Assembly (NCBI GenBank): GCA_964016885.1
Contig: OZ024741.1
Coordinates: forward strand, 281,976,001 to 282,040,000
Length of the DNA: 64,000 bases
From: Eledone cirrhosa
Lineage: Eukaryota
Reading direction: 5' to 3'
This document shows, in pieces, positions 25,701-40,200 of this stretch. How positions within the stretch are numbered: position 1 is the stretch's first letter; every line of letters begins with the position of its first letter. Under the pieces are notes generated by a model. The model was not told the origin of the DNA, made no database searches, and worked only from the letters and a program-made list of their open reading frames with translations. The position numbers and the translations under genes are program-made.

Positions 25701-28700
25701 ACCTGGCATTGCCCACAACAGGACAACTCGTCTAACCCATGCTAACGTGGAAGAATGGACGTAAAACGGTGATGATATATATATATATATATATACATAG
25801 AGAGAGTTTTTTTTACTAATTTCATGGATAATCTCAGTTTATCAAAGTTTTTCAACTCACAATGTTACATATGTGGGACATTAGTTAAGAATTATTTACA
25901 CATGTTTACGTTAAAAAAAAAAAAAAAAAAATCAATCAAACTTACAAGACATTGTCACGAAAATATCAGGATCAACCATTGTGTCTAATAAAAATACAAG
26001 ATGAGTCAATTGCCTCCTCCATTCTTTTGTAAGATTTTTCAATCTGGAGATCATAGATTCAGACAAAGCTTGAAATGAGTTAGCTGAAATCTTTTGAATA
26101 TATAGACTGATCAAAGAAGAAATTTCTGGATCAAGACATTCCAAGTTTCTGAGGGTCATTTCAAACTGCTGCACAACTAGAATTAAGAAGATGAAATAAA
26201 TATGGTTTTTTGTATTTGTTTTACAAGATTTTTTTTTTTAATGTGAATTTTTATGTTGAAACATATATTGTATTTTGGCTTCATCATGCTGCCAATCAAA
26301 GCACACACACACAGGTAATTAATATATTAATCAGTTGATTAATCAACTAACGAACACACACGAAGAGCCATGGTTTTATGATACATACCTGCTCATTTTA
26401 AAATCATCATCATCATCATTTCATTTTACGTCCGCTTTTTTTCCTTGCTTGCAAGGGTGGGACGGGAACTGATTCTGGCTTGATTTCTACAGCTGGATGC
26501 CCTTCCTAACACCAACCTCATTTACAGTGAGTGCTGGGTGCTTTTTTGCCATGGCACCTACATGTCCACTTTACAGTGGAATGATATGGACCCCAGTCCC
26601 TATCATCTCATTTCTACAGCTGAGTAAACTGGAGCAATGTGAAATAAAGTGTCTTGCTCAAGGAAATAACACATCGTCCGGTCTGAGAATTGAACTTACA
26701 ACCTTTCGATTGCAAGGCCAATGCTCTAACCACTAAGCCATGTGCCTCCATAGTCATGAAAAATATTCCCATTACACTCTGTACTGTGTCTTTCATTAGA
26801 AATATATGAAAAATATATGTGTCTTTCATTAGAAAAATATTCGTACTTATATCAAATTAAAACTTTCATCGTAATGTTCTTTAAGATATTTTTGTTAAGT
26901 AATGTTTCAAACATCAGTTTACTAATGTAAAGTTTAATTATTTCATTAACTTATGTAAAATTTCAAAATTAATTGATACACACAGGCAATGTATTTCAGT
27001 AGATATACAGTAACAAAGGGGTTAATTAATTGTCATACATTAGAAATACAGTAACAAAAAGGTTTATTAATTGTCAAAATCTTTTGCCAAAATCTGTGAC
27101 CTTATCAATGACTGTTGCCCTCTCTGCTTCCTTTTTGTCCATATTTATTTCATCTTTATCTCTGTTTTCTTTTGTGTTAATTGATAGCATTTTCTCACTA
27201 TATTTATACAAAACATAATGGAACTAGGTCTCTCTCTCCCTCTCACTTGTTATTTTGTAGATTTTGAGATTGTTAGGATTTAGTGAGGAGAAATTGGGAA
27301 CCCAAGCAGGGACAAGCATAATTTGATGCATCTAATGCAATAATGATGATGATAATGACAATGGTTATGGTAGTGGTGTTGATGGTGATGATGTTGATTA
27401 TGGTGACAATGATGATGATGAATGAAGTAAGAAGATATAAAAGATATGCTTTCTCTAAAGTATTTTCTATATTCAAGTATAGCAATCAACAGTCTGAATC
27501 TTATATATTTCAAAACGGTTTAAGGAATCAGTTGACTAAAATTAACTTCATCATGATGCTCATCACAGCTAATATTCACAACTAACTAGTAGTAATGGCG
27601 TCATGATAAAAAACACCCAGTCCACTCAGTAACGTGGTCATGCTGATGTCACAATGACAAACACTCAGTTCACTCTGTAAGGTGTTAGTGCTGGTGAGAC
27701 AATAAAAATCACCCTGTCTACCTTGTAAGATGGTAGTGCTGGCGTCAATAAAAAACACCCAGTCCACTCTGTAAAGTGCTAATGCTGATGTTAATAAAAA
27801 ATCACCCAGTCCACTCTGTAGTAGCACTAGTGTCACAATAAAAACACCCAATCCACTTTGTAAGGTAGTAGTGCTGGTGTTATGATAAAAAAAAACATCC
27901 AGTCTGTAAGATGGTAGTGCTGGTGCCACTATAAAATGAACCAAGACCATTCTGTAAGGTGGTAGTGCTGATGCCACAGTAAAATGCTCTCAGTATATGC
28001 TGTAAGGTGGTAGTGCTGGTAACACAGTAAAATGCTCTCAGTATATGCTGTAAGGTGGTAGTGCTGGTGACACAGTAAAATGCTTTCAGTACATGATGTA
28101 AAGTGGTAGTGCTGGTGACACAGTAAAATGCTCTCAGTCATACTTAAAGTGGTTAGTGTTTTATAGAGTTTTGGAAGAATATTCAGTAACTTACATTTAG
28201 ATCTTCTGGAGCTAGCAATGATAAAATGTGCTACTTCATACATATAGTCTAAATGACTGTAAAAGTAATCTTGTAAGGATTTCAGCTTCTCTTTATAACC
28301 ATTAATCTGTTAGATAATAACAAAAAGCACTAGTTATTTAACAACAACATCAATAACATGATAAATTCAGATTCTTTTATTATTCTACTGGTTGGTTTTA
28401 CCCATAAAATCTGTCCAGCGATTCTTTTCTGAGACAATCTAACCACATGCCAGTAGTATCAAAGCTGTAATCTCTCAATTCAGAGAAGTAGTGGCTGGAG
28501 TGACTCTCTGATCTCTGAGTTATACACTCTATCAAGTAACATTACTCCAAAGACCCTTCAGAGGAACCTCATTTCAGCTGCTTGTATTCATGATCATATT
28601 CTTTCGGTCATTACCCAAGATTCATGACTATAGGTAAAGGTTGGCATGATGTAAAAGCCAAATTTGCTATCTTCGTTTGAAGATAGCAAATTTGGCTTTT

Positions 28701-31239
28701 ACATCTACATTCTTCTGAATACTGAAGCTGGCACACTATTGCACTAGCTCCTGAAATTCTTGGTTTACCACATCTGGAAATAAAATTGGTTCAACTAGTT
28801 GTAGAAAATAAAAATCATAGGCTTACTATATCTGGAAATAAAATTGGTTCCACTAATCGCTCTAATGGTTCTGAAGTCTCAGCGAAGACATTGACCATAA
28901 GGTGAAGAATTTCTTGGTTTACTTTATCCTCCAGTTGATAGAGCAAATCAATTGCTTTGTCACAGTCTTCATCATAATTATTACACAGCCTATTATAGTT
29001 GTCTCTAGAAAAAAAAGGAATATATATTTGAAAATGTAGTCTGAAAATATAGTTGTCCTAATGCAGATAACTATAATAATAGCTTATCTCTATAAATAAC
29101 AGTTGAAAAAAACTTATATGAGAGCTGTATGGTTGAATTACCCACTGCAAGCATCTCTGTCCACCTTTTTCTGTCCCCAGGAGTACTTTACTAGATCTTT
29201 TCAACTATTATTTATAGTCATCAAGCTCTATTATACCTCCTTGCATTGGGAGACCTAAATTTTCAAAATTTCCAACAAGATGAATATATATACCGCAATC
29301 TAATGTTCATTTTTCCACACTAGCATGGGCTAGATGAGTTGTCCCGTTATGAGAAAAGTCAAATCAGATGACTGAGTCTTGTTCATACAAAACTATTTCT
29401 GGCTTGGTTTTTATGGCTGGATGCCTTTCCTAATGCCAACCACATTTACAGTGTGGATTAGGTGCTTTTTGTCATGTCACCAATACAGGTTTACAGTGAT
29501 GTACTGGGCGCTTTTTGTTGTGGCACCAACACAATCAATCTACAGTGTGGACTGGGCACATTTTGTCGTGGTACCAAGACGACCACTTTACAGTGTGGGC
29601 TGGGTGCTTTTTGTCATGTCATCATCACGGACAGTTTACAGGGTGAACTGGCCGATTATTATTGTGTCTCCAACATGACCACTTTACAGGGCGTATTGTG
29701 TCGCTAACATGACCACTCTACAGGGTGGACCAGGCGCTTTTGTCATGTCCCCAATGTGATCACCTTACAGGGCTGACCGGGTGTTTTTTATCGTATCACC
29801 AAGCCAACCATTCCACAGGGTGGACTGGATATCTTCTGTCATGCCACCAAATGACCACTTTACAGGGTGGACTGGGTGCATCCTGTTGTGTCACCAACAT
29901 GACCCCCTTACAGGGTGGACTGGGTACTTATGTCATGTCACCAACACAACCCTGCTGCAGAGTGGCCTAGGTGCTTGTTTGTTATGTTACCTTACAGGGG
30001 TGGAGGACTAGGTGCTCTTTTCTCATGGCATAAACACGAGCACCTTACATGATGGAATAGGGGTTTGTGTTATGTTACCAGCATGACTACCCTACAGAAT
30101 GGACTGAGGGCTTTTAGCTATTTCACCAACATTGTGGGAGTGTGTGTTCAGCTTTCCATGCTTGTATACATGGGTTGGTCAAGCGGAGTGAACCAGATGT
30201 GGAAAGTTGAGGTGGGGTGGAGGGGGTGTGTGCATGTAGGGTGGAGACTGGAGAGGTAAGTCTAGGGTGGGGTACTTAGCTGGTTTCACCAGTATTAAAC
30301 CATGTATATATATACATTTTATATACGTATATTTATACTTTTATTCTTTTACTGGCTTCAATCATTAAACTTCAACCATGTAGGAGCACCCCCTTTAAAT
30401 GAATGTATATATATGTGTGTGTGTGTGTGTGAAATATGGTAGATAGTGTTCCAGTATGATTTAATGAATTAAAGAATATGTGTGTTTATGTATATGAGAG
30501 GGTCTCAAAGAACTTTAAGCAAAACTCTTCTTTTCCCCTCTTCAAACTAAATAATGGTTTCTAATTTAGGCACAGAGCCAACACATTTGGTGGGAGAAGT
30601 AAGTTGATTAAATTGACTTGTACTTTATTTTATTGACCTCAGAAGGATGAAAGGCAAAGTTGACCTTAATTATGTACAAAAACAGGCATTTTAAGGCCAT
30701 CTCTGTTAAAGCAGGAGTTAACCTTGTGGGCTCCATGATAAATTTCTCCAGATCATTTGGATCCCCTCTCCATCATCTCCAGTCATGTTTTTCTTGGCTG
30801 TCCTCTTCCTTTTCTTCTTTCCATGTTCGTTCCCCTTACCTCATCTAGTCACTTTAAATCTTCCTCAACACATGACCCAACCATCTCATTCCATTTCTCT
30901 TTACAACATTCATTACTGGTTCTATTCCCCTCACCCAGTCACTTTAAACCTTCCTCAACACATGACCTAACCATCTCATTTCATTTCTCCTCACAACATT
31001 CATCACTGGCTCTATAACCATAATACTCTGTAATTCATTATTTGTCTTCCTCTTTCTCATTCCTTTCTGACTTATTTACTAGACCATTCTCATTTCTATT
31101 CTTTTCGGCTTTCTCTGATGTACCTCATTCCTCACCCATACCTCACACCCATAAGTCATGGAGGTAAATACGTGCATTTGTTTATGTAGATAAGTGTATG
31201 CCTTTATATGTAGAATGTGTGTGTGTGTGTGTGTGTAAT

Positions 31240-31273
<34 letters not shown>

Positions 31274-34200
31274 ACGTAGGGAAATGTATCAGAAAATAGA
31301 AATGCTATATGCTTACTTGCAATATATATCTTTAGTGCCTGGAGCAGATGAATTATGAAATTCGTACACAGTGTTTTTAACTTCCAGAAGCTATAGAAAG
31401 GAAAAGACAAAGTTATTGAAAAGTATAAATAAAATAAAATCTTATTGTGCTGTTATATCTAGAAGTATCAACGATAAAGAGGGAAAATGGCAGGCAGGTT
31501 TAATGCCACCACTCGCTACTTGGGTGTCTTTAGCAATGTCCCCTTTGTTGGAAGTATACTGACCAGCCTCATAGTTCCCTCTCCATCATCATCACCACTT
31601 AATGTCTGTGTTCCTTGCTAGCAAGAGTGAGATGGGTCTTCACCAACCAAGTCAGTACTCAAGCAGAGCTACAGACCTCACAGATGGGGCAGGGTCCTAC
31701 ATTTCACATACATTCCAGCACTCTACTAAGTTTAGTTTATCATATTACCACCACTAGGGTATGGGGGAGTTGTTATGGTATTTACATGGCTTAAGAGCCT
31801 TCCCAACTCTTTATTTAGATGGTTTACTATCACCAACCACTTATTCTCTGCAGATGTTCAAGCTGAGTATCAACTGTATTAATCTCACCAGTCTAGAAAA
31901 GGCCTGCAAAGATCATGGGCATTGCCCATCTTCTTCCATTGACTAAATTATAAAAAAGAAAAATACATGATGGAATCAAGCCTGGTATATATATTAACGA
32001 TCCTCAAAGGGGATGAAGGGCAAAGTCAACCTCAGACAAAACTAATTCTTTTAAATGCATTTCATGCAAGGATCTACTATCTATAACAGTCATGGGCAAA
32101 CTGCAGCCCATGAGCCACATACAGCTGGTTTAGCTTTTTGAATGGCAGGCATAATTTTAGTAGCCTTGAATTTTAGTAGTGCAGCCTTATGGTGAGTCAC
32201 ATCCCATGTGGCCCACTGCTCAAAAAAGGTTGCTCATGCTTGATCTATAACAAGAATAATAACAAGTGTTTAAAGCCATTTTCTCCACTAAAGCAAGGTA
32301 TAGCTTTATGGGTTTCATTATATACTTTAAAAGAGCGATGGATTGGCAGTATCGGTAGTGGGTCGGACGCCATGCTTTGACGTATAGAGTTACGGCCCTT
32401 GCCATTCTGAGTTCAAATCCTGCCGAGGTTAACTTTGCCTTTCATCCTTACGGGGTCGATAAAATAAAGTAATTGCTGGCCTTGTGCCAAAAGTAGAAAC
32501 AATTATATACTTTATATAATTGTTAACCTTGTACCTGAATCAGAAACCATTATATACTTTATATTATTCATCTGGTTAGTTTTGAGGCAATATTTTACAC
32601 CCAAATTTCCTTTTCTAACACTGACACTTTTAGTCACCTCTTAAAGCAGGCACAGTGGACCACATAGGATATGCATCATCCTAAGGCAGGCTGCACTCCT
32701 AAAAAAATTCAAGGACATTTTGAAATTAGGCATGCCATTCAGAAAGCCAAATGGGCTGCAGTTTGCTCATGACTGTCTTCTAGCACCTATTCTAAACAAC
32801 AGTTTATTACCTACTGTTTATAATGAAAACAGAAGAGACAGAACATAGATGATTGCCATTTTTTTTTGTTTCATGTTGGTGTTTATAATAAGAAGATGTG
32901 TGGTTGAGTGGTTAGGGTGCTGATCATAAGATGATACGATTGTAGGTTTTATTACAGGATTGAGTGGTGCGTTGTGTGCATGAGCAAAATACTCTATTTC
33001 ATGTTGTTCCTTCTGCCAGTTGTGACTGGCAGGTAGAATCAGCAATGGAGGGACAGGAGATGTTGACACTAACTGGACTAGAATAGTTCTGATTTTGACA
33101 TCAAATCAACAACAACAAAAATAGTCGCAACTAATAACAAAATATTTATTACCTTAAGACAAATATTAATCAGTGGAATTCTACGTTCTTCAGCAATGAG
33201 ATGAGTCACAAACATTACATGTTTGATTAACAAGTATATCCAGGTTTCAAAGTGCTGATCTATGGAACCCCAATTTTCTTCAGATAAAGCTGTTTTAGCC
33301 TAAAAGAAGACATTATATATATATTAATTATGTAATAAACAATACAATATAATTATTCCGTTACCCAAGGTTTCACCAAGTTAGACGATTATCATCATCC
33401 TTATCATCATCTTTGTTTAACGTCCATCTTCCACGCGAGCATGGGTTAGACGGGAGTTGTCCCACTTGAGGCAAGGTTGGTTGGGTGACTGTGTCTTGCT
33501 CATATAGGACTATCTGGCAGGTTTTCTACGGCTGGATGCCCTTCCTAACACCAACCACATTTACCGTGTGGAACTGGGAACTTTTTACCATGTTACCTAC
33601 ACGGCCACATTACAGTGTGGACTGTGTGTTTTTTTTTGTCATGACAACTACAATATCTCGATCTCATTTATTTGGACTGGATGTTGTGATACCAACTTTA
33701 CAGAGAGATGGTGGTGTTAGTAGGAGTGGGAGGATAGAGTAGGGGTAGTGAATTGAGGTGTATATTTGGTTAAGAGGTGCCTACTGACTGTAGGTTTCAC
33801 TTTGTACATAGGCAAGACGGGTCTTCTGTATTACTGCGTAGCGCCAAAGATCTCGGTCCAGAAACATTGTCTTGGAGAGGTGTAAGTGTGTAAGGTCGGA
33901 ATTTATCAAATCGTCCCAGGTTTTTCTGGGTCTACCTACTCCGTAACTACCATCAATTTTGATCGCCTGAACTTTTTTATACAGCTGTCGTCTTTCATGC
34001 GCATCACGTGACCATACCAACGTAGTCTTCTCTCGAGTAAACCTCATCTGATCCCTCTTATTCCTAATTTCCCACTTAGTTCATTTATGCTTTGCCGTTC
34101 ACGTATATTACTATTACACATCCAACGGAACATGCATGCTTCGTTCCTTTCCAGTCTGCCATGTAGCATTGCTGTTCGTATACAGGCATCATACAACCTG

Positions 34201-34927
34201 CCTTTCATTTTTAGAGAGAAACCTTTTGTGGCCAACAGCGGTATAAGCTCTCTGATATAAGGTTTAGAATCCATTTAAATAATATTTGTGCTCTCTCTCT
34301 ATATATATATATAGCAAATACGTTATTCGCTCACTGTCCACCTTACTACCCTTCTGAGACCACTGTATCATGTGTTTATCTCTCTCCTCGCCTCTCGAGA
34401 AATTCTCACTTGCTACGAAAGAAACAATCCTTTATTTTTACCACTGTATCACGCGTTAATCTCTCCCTCCGCCTCTGAGACTTTCTCACTTGCTATAAAC
34501 GCGTCAAGAAACAGTCCTTTTTTCTGAGGGGTCTCTTGATAAGCCGTATCAACCTCACAGTGATGATGCACTTTTAAACTGCAGTCGGGACTTTGAAGAA
34601 AAAATAGGTATATTTTTGTCTATTATTTCCTCATATTTTGTAATTTTATATATATATACATATATAGTTAAAAGAATAGAGGTGTAACACACAAGTTATT
34701 ATATATTGGTAAATGGAATAGAAAATGCTGACAAACTGTTCACAGTTGAAAAATGGTTTAATTAGGAATAAAAGAGTATTAGTGATTGTATGGGTTAGTA
34801 TTCAGTTGTGGTTTTAAGTTTTTAAAACCACAACTGAATACTAACCCATACAATCACTAATACTCTTTTATTCCTAATTAAACCATTTTTCAACTGTGAA
34901 CAATTTGTCAGCATTTTCTATTCCGTT

Positions 34928-34985
<58 letters not shown>

Positions 34986-35979
34986 ACAAATATTATTTAA
35001 ATGGATTCTAAACCTTTGACGGTGTTTGACATGCAAATCTCCTATCAAAACGGGCCACTTATGGGTTTCACCTCTGTAGTTTCCTATGAAATTGCACTAT
35101 TACGATATATGCTGTCACTGCTCTCGCTGTCCTATAGTCTATCAATCTGGTATTCTGTCCTCCCTTTCCCCTAACATGTCTCACCTACATGCAGCAATTG
35201 GCACCTCACACCAAGCCTCCACTTATCAATTATAATTACAATTTTACTTTAGTTTTATGTAAAAAAATTAAAGGAAAATCCCTTAGACACTTTTTTTATA
35301 TGCAAAGATCTAATTCAAACAAATATTCATTTAAAAGCTTTCTCTCTTTAATTAAAAAGGTAAACACAACAACAAGAGTTTTAAGGCCATTTTCTGCCAG
35401 GAGTTATGACCAACAGAGAGTATCAGCAATGGAAACACCATTTCCTTGATCAGAAGACCAGCTACTTTCTTCTGCTAGTTGTGACAAGCAGATAGTATCA
35501 ACAATGGAAAGATCACGGAAACATTATTTCCTTGGCTCTATCTGATGATCAGTTACTTTCTTTTGCCAGGAGTTGTGACCAGCAGATAGTATCAGCAAAA
35601 GAAAGATCAAAGGAAACATTGGTTTCTTTGCCTGATGTGATGATCAGCTCCTTTCCTTTCTTTAAGGGTATTTTCTTTACTAAATCAGGGGTTAGCTTTG
35701 TGAGGCACCCTGACAAATTCCATACCCATTTCATGGCAAGCTTTATGGCCAGATGCCTTTCTGATGGCAACCTTTTTTCAAAGGGGAAATAATTATATAA
35801 TAACATTAGTTACCTTTCTTAAAAGACTGAGAAATTGTCCAGATTCATTGCTCTCTGTTAAGTCCATTGGCAGCTTGTTCAAGACAGTATTGCTAATTAA
35901 AGTAATGGCATTAAGGATTTGATAGATCAAGAAATCTCGGTTAGCCTATATTTATAAAATAAGAATAAAATTATTTGGT

Positions 35980-36040
<61 letters not shown>

Positions 36041-36355
36041 GTTTGTTATGAAACAGTGAGGAAGTTTGAAATTAGAAATAGCAGCTTTCACCGTATTTTT
36101 GACTAAAGAAATTTTATCCTGATGGTGGGTTTAGAACCCTCAGAGAAATGGAAAAAGATGAGTATTGATGTACATGGGAGTCGAACCCACATCTGTGGTT
36201 ATCCAGATCACTATGCTACCATTACACCAACACATCATCCATATGGGGGATGTACGTCAATACTCATCTTTTTCCATTTCTTAGAGGGTTTTAACCCCAC
36301 CATTAGGCTAAAATTTCATTCATCAAAAATACAGTGAAAGCTTCTATTTCTAATT

Positions 36356-36416
<61 letters not shown>

Positions 36417-36555
36417 AATGATTCGTTTGCAATTTCGAAAAACTCAGATTACATTTATTGTATTCAGCCATGTAGAGCGAAATTTTCTTTCTTTTTTATT
36501 TTATTTTATTTTTTTATATATATATATACATACCCGCACACACATATATATATAT

Positions 36556-36588
<33 letters not shown>

Positions 36589-36639
36589 CAGACATATATA
36601 TATATATATACATACACATAAATATATACATACACATAC

Positions 36640-36672
<33 letters not shown>

Positions 36673-37182
36673 CATACATAGATACATATATACATGATGG
36701 CTGCTCCCTCGTTATCGAGTATGGCCATTGCATGATATAACATGTGGATTGGTAGTATCGGTAGAGGATCGGACGCCATGCTTTGACGCATAGAGTTACG
36801 GCCCTTGCCATTCTGAGTTCAAATCCCGCTGAGGTTAACTTTGCCTTTCATCCTTACGGGGTCGATAAAATAAAGTACCAGTAATGTACTGGGTAATTGC
36901 TGGCCTTGTGCCAAAAGTAGAAACAATTATTAATAATTATCAATTAATGCTATCATGTAATGCCTGTGCATGAAGATTTTTTTAAAGTGAGGAAAGACTG
37001 TGCACTGAGCCAATTCCACTCTCTGAGCGACAGTAGCTATAACCAGAAAAGAAGAAAAGATCAACATCATCGGTAACTCCTGAGTCGCAGGTTTTATGTC
37101 GGAGTTGCCTTCTCTTAGAAGAATGCCTTGACAAAGGCTAGGAGTCCTTCACTCCCAGTGGTTTAACTGTATGTATGTATGT

Positions 37183-37237
<55 letters not shown>

Positions 37238-40200
37238 CACACATACACATTAATGTAAAATTATGTTGGAAAATTTAAATTTAAATTGGAAACCTTTAAA
37301 ATAGGTGGTTTTATTTCATAGAGCCAGAGCCGGCTTTGGCCAGGCTGGTAACAAAAGGGTTAACTTGCCAGTCCTCTTTTGTGTAATTGGAAGCAAAGCC
37401 ATCAGGCATGTGGCAGGTGTAAGTTTGAGCCCCACAGGCAGCAATATACTACTGCTCCATTTAGAACAAATGTTGCAAAATTGACAAACAATCTCAAAGA
37501 TAAATTTGAGAAATCACTTAGACAACAGAAGAATTATAAAATTAAGTTAACCCACTTGATATCAAACTGCTTGAAATCACCCCTTGGTTTTATGATTCAA
37601 AGCTGTTAGTTTTAACCCTTTAGCATTTAAACTGGCCATATCCAGCTAGAATTTTCTCACCTCTTTCTGTTCAAACCAGCCATAACCGGCTGCTCATACT
37701 TATTTTAAGGTATTGTTCTCAAAATAAATAATATCAAATCTCATAGATTCGATATTATGTGAGATAAAGTGTTTACAGTGAAAATACAATAGTAAATATA
37801 GAAGTATTTACATTTATATGTAAGAACTTTTGTTAAGTTCTGCCCCAAATACCAGCAAAATAACAAGAACGTTAGTTATATTACTAAATACCTCCCAATT
37901 CTTGATTATTTTAAAATTATCTTAAAATCATAGGTAGTCTTTTTCATTAGAAACATTGTAAATAAAATGATTAAGTTTGTTATATGTAAGTATATATAAA
38001 TATTCAGGCTTGCTTGATTCTCAGCCGTATCCAAAATATCGAGAACTCAGGCTGAGCAATTACAGTATAGCATTTCTATCTTGATTAGTTTCATTAGCTA
38101 CAGCGCAGCTAAAGTCATGTGCTCTCTCGTAGACACAACCTAATATTTTGGTATTTTGGTTAGAACATATTCTAATTGTAAACAGAGAAAAAGTCTCTGA
38201 TTTTAATGATTTTTAATTTAGGCAGAAGGCCAGCAATTTTGTGGAGAGGGGAAGTCGTTTATATTTAGTACTTGACTGGTATTATTTTATCAACCCAGAA
38301 GGATGAAAGGCAACATTGACCTCAACTGGATTTGAACTCAGAATGTAAAGAGCCAAAACAAATACCACAAAGCATTTTGTCCAACATTCAAACTGCCTGA
38401 AATGAACCCCAGTTCTACAGGGTGCGGACGATATTTGTTCGCAATTTTCAACTGCTAATTTTATACAAATTTTTTTTACTTCCGTAGTCACTCTTGTCTT
38501 CATAAAAACAGTGACTATATTCCAATTATTTATTTTCAGAATAATTGATTATGAATAATTTTGAACCTCCAAATTTGTGGAAGAGACATGGAGTTCTTCT
38601 TGGAATCCGCGCCGGGAGGACAAATAAGACCAGAAGATCAACTCCCAGAACAACAGGTGGCTCGCTGTCTCATCCAAAGACATGCCCAGAGTCATGCAGA
38701 CAAAGTTTCCAGTGACAACATTGGTCTTAGGTGTCGTCAGCAGTCAAGGTGACGTCATGCCACCTCACCTCTTCCTTGAGGGCCTCACGCTGAACACCGA
38801 TGGCTACATCCACGTTCTGAGCGAGGTAGTAAAGCCCTGGATCGACCAGGTAGCTGCAGGTAGGCCATACGTGTGGCAGCAAGACTCAGCACCCTGCCAC
38901 ACCAGCCGAAAGACCCAAGCCTGGCTGTCAGAGAACTTCGTCGACCACACATCACCTGACATCTGGCTTCCCACCTCGCCTGACTGCAACCCCCCCCCCC
39001 CCCTCCCCCCGACTTCTTTGTGTGGGGCGCAGTGGAACGAGACACCAACAGATCTAGCTGCAATATGAAAGATGATCTGAAGGCCAGGATCACAAGTGCC
39101 TTTAGGGGCCTAAGTCGGGGGATAGTGACGAAGGCCTGTAGCCGGTTCCGAGGCCGCCTTGAGGCCGTCATCAAAGCCAATGGCGGGTTTATCAAGTGAG
39201 ATTAAAAGAACAAGTCATGAAGACAAACTGATCCAAGTTTGATAAATAAATCTTTAAAAATAAAACTACTGTGTTATTTTTTCCTAGACAGTAATCTTGC
39301 GAACAGATGTCGTCCGCACCCTGTATTTCTATAAGTATTTATCTTTGTCTTTCATCCTTTCGAGGTCGATAAAAAAGTACCAGTCTAATATTAGGGTCAA
39401 TTCGTCTTCTATATCTCTTTTTCATTTCCTATCTCTCACTTTCTATCCTTCACTGGAAGAAATCTGCTGTGTTCAGACCTGGAGAGGGATGGGGTTCCAC
39501 CAAACTTAAAAAGCCCAAGAAACCCTGTATGCTACTATAGGGGCTCTAAGACTCCATCAGGAGTTACAGGACTATAACACATTATATTTACCTAAAAACC
39601 TTCCATTGTAATTTTATGTAATCACCATCATCATCATTTTAACATCTGCTTTCCCTGCTAGCAAGGGTTGGGTGGGACTACATAGCCCAAGTCAGTACTG
39701 AAGCGGCGCCACTAATCTCACAGGCAGGCCAGTGATCTGTGTCTCGCTTTATGTATGGTCAATGCTCCACCAAGTGCACGAGAGGTTGCCATGTCTTTGA
39801 CACAACTGAGGATCCTCCCGACCCTTTTGTTTGGCAAGATTTCTACGGCAGCATGCTCTTCATATCATTAAGCCCGTTACAGCGAGTAATGGGTTCAAAT
39901 ATTTGTTATATTCAAAATAATAGCTTAACTCTTAACATCCTGTAATGATTTACAAGAAAATATCTAAAAACAGTGTTTGTTAATTCAAATGTTTATACTA
40001 TGTTTACTAGTGGACAGATTGTCATTGATAATTGGCATTAAACTAAATAAAGACATTAATTTTTGATGTGATGCAATCATAGTGTTGTTTTGTACTTTTC
40101 AAGCACATTTTGTTAATAATGCAGTTTCATGCAGTACAGGGTGTTAAGAGTTAATAAAGAAGAAAGTTAATTATTTTACTAAACCCTTCCAAATTCTTGA

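Noticed and set aside
36176-36240. Functional tRNA gene
   Set aside because: A and B boxes are present but I could not build a proper acceptor stem; treated as a tRNA-derived head
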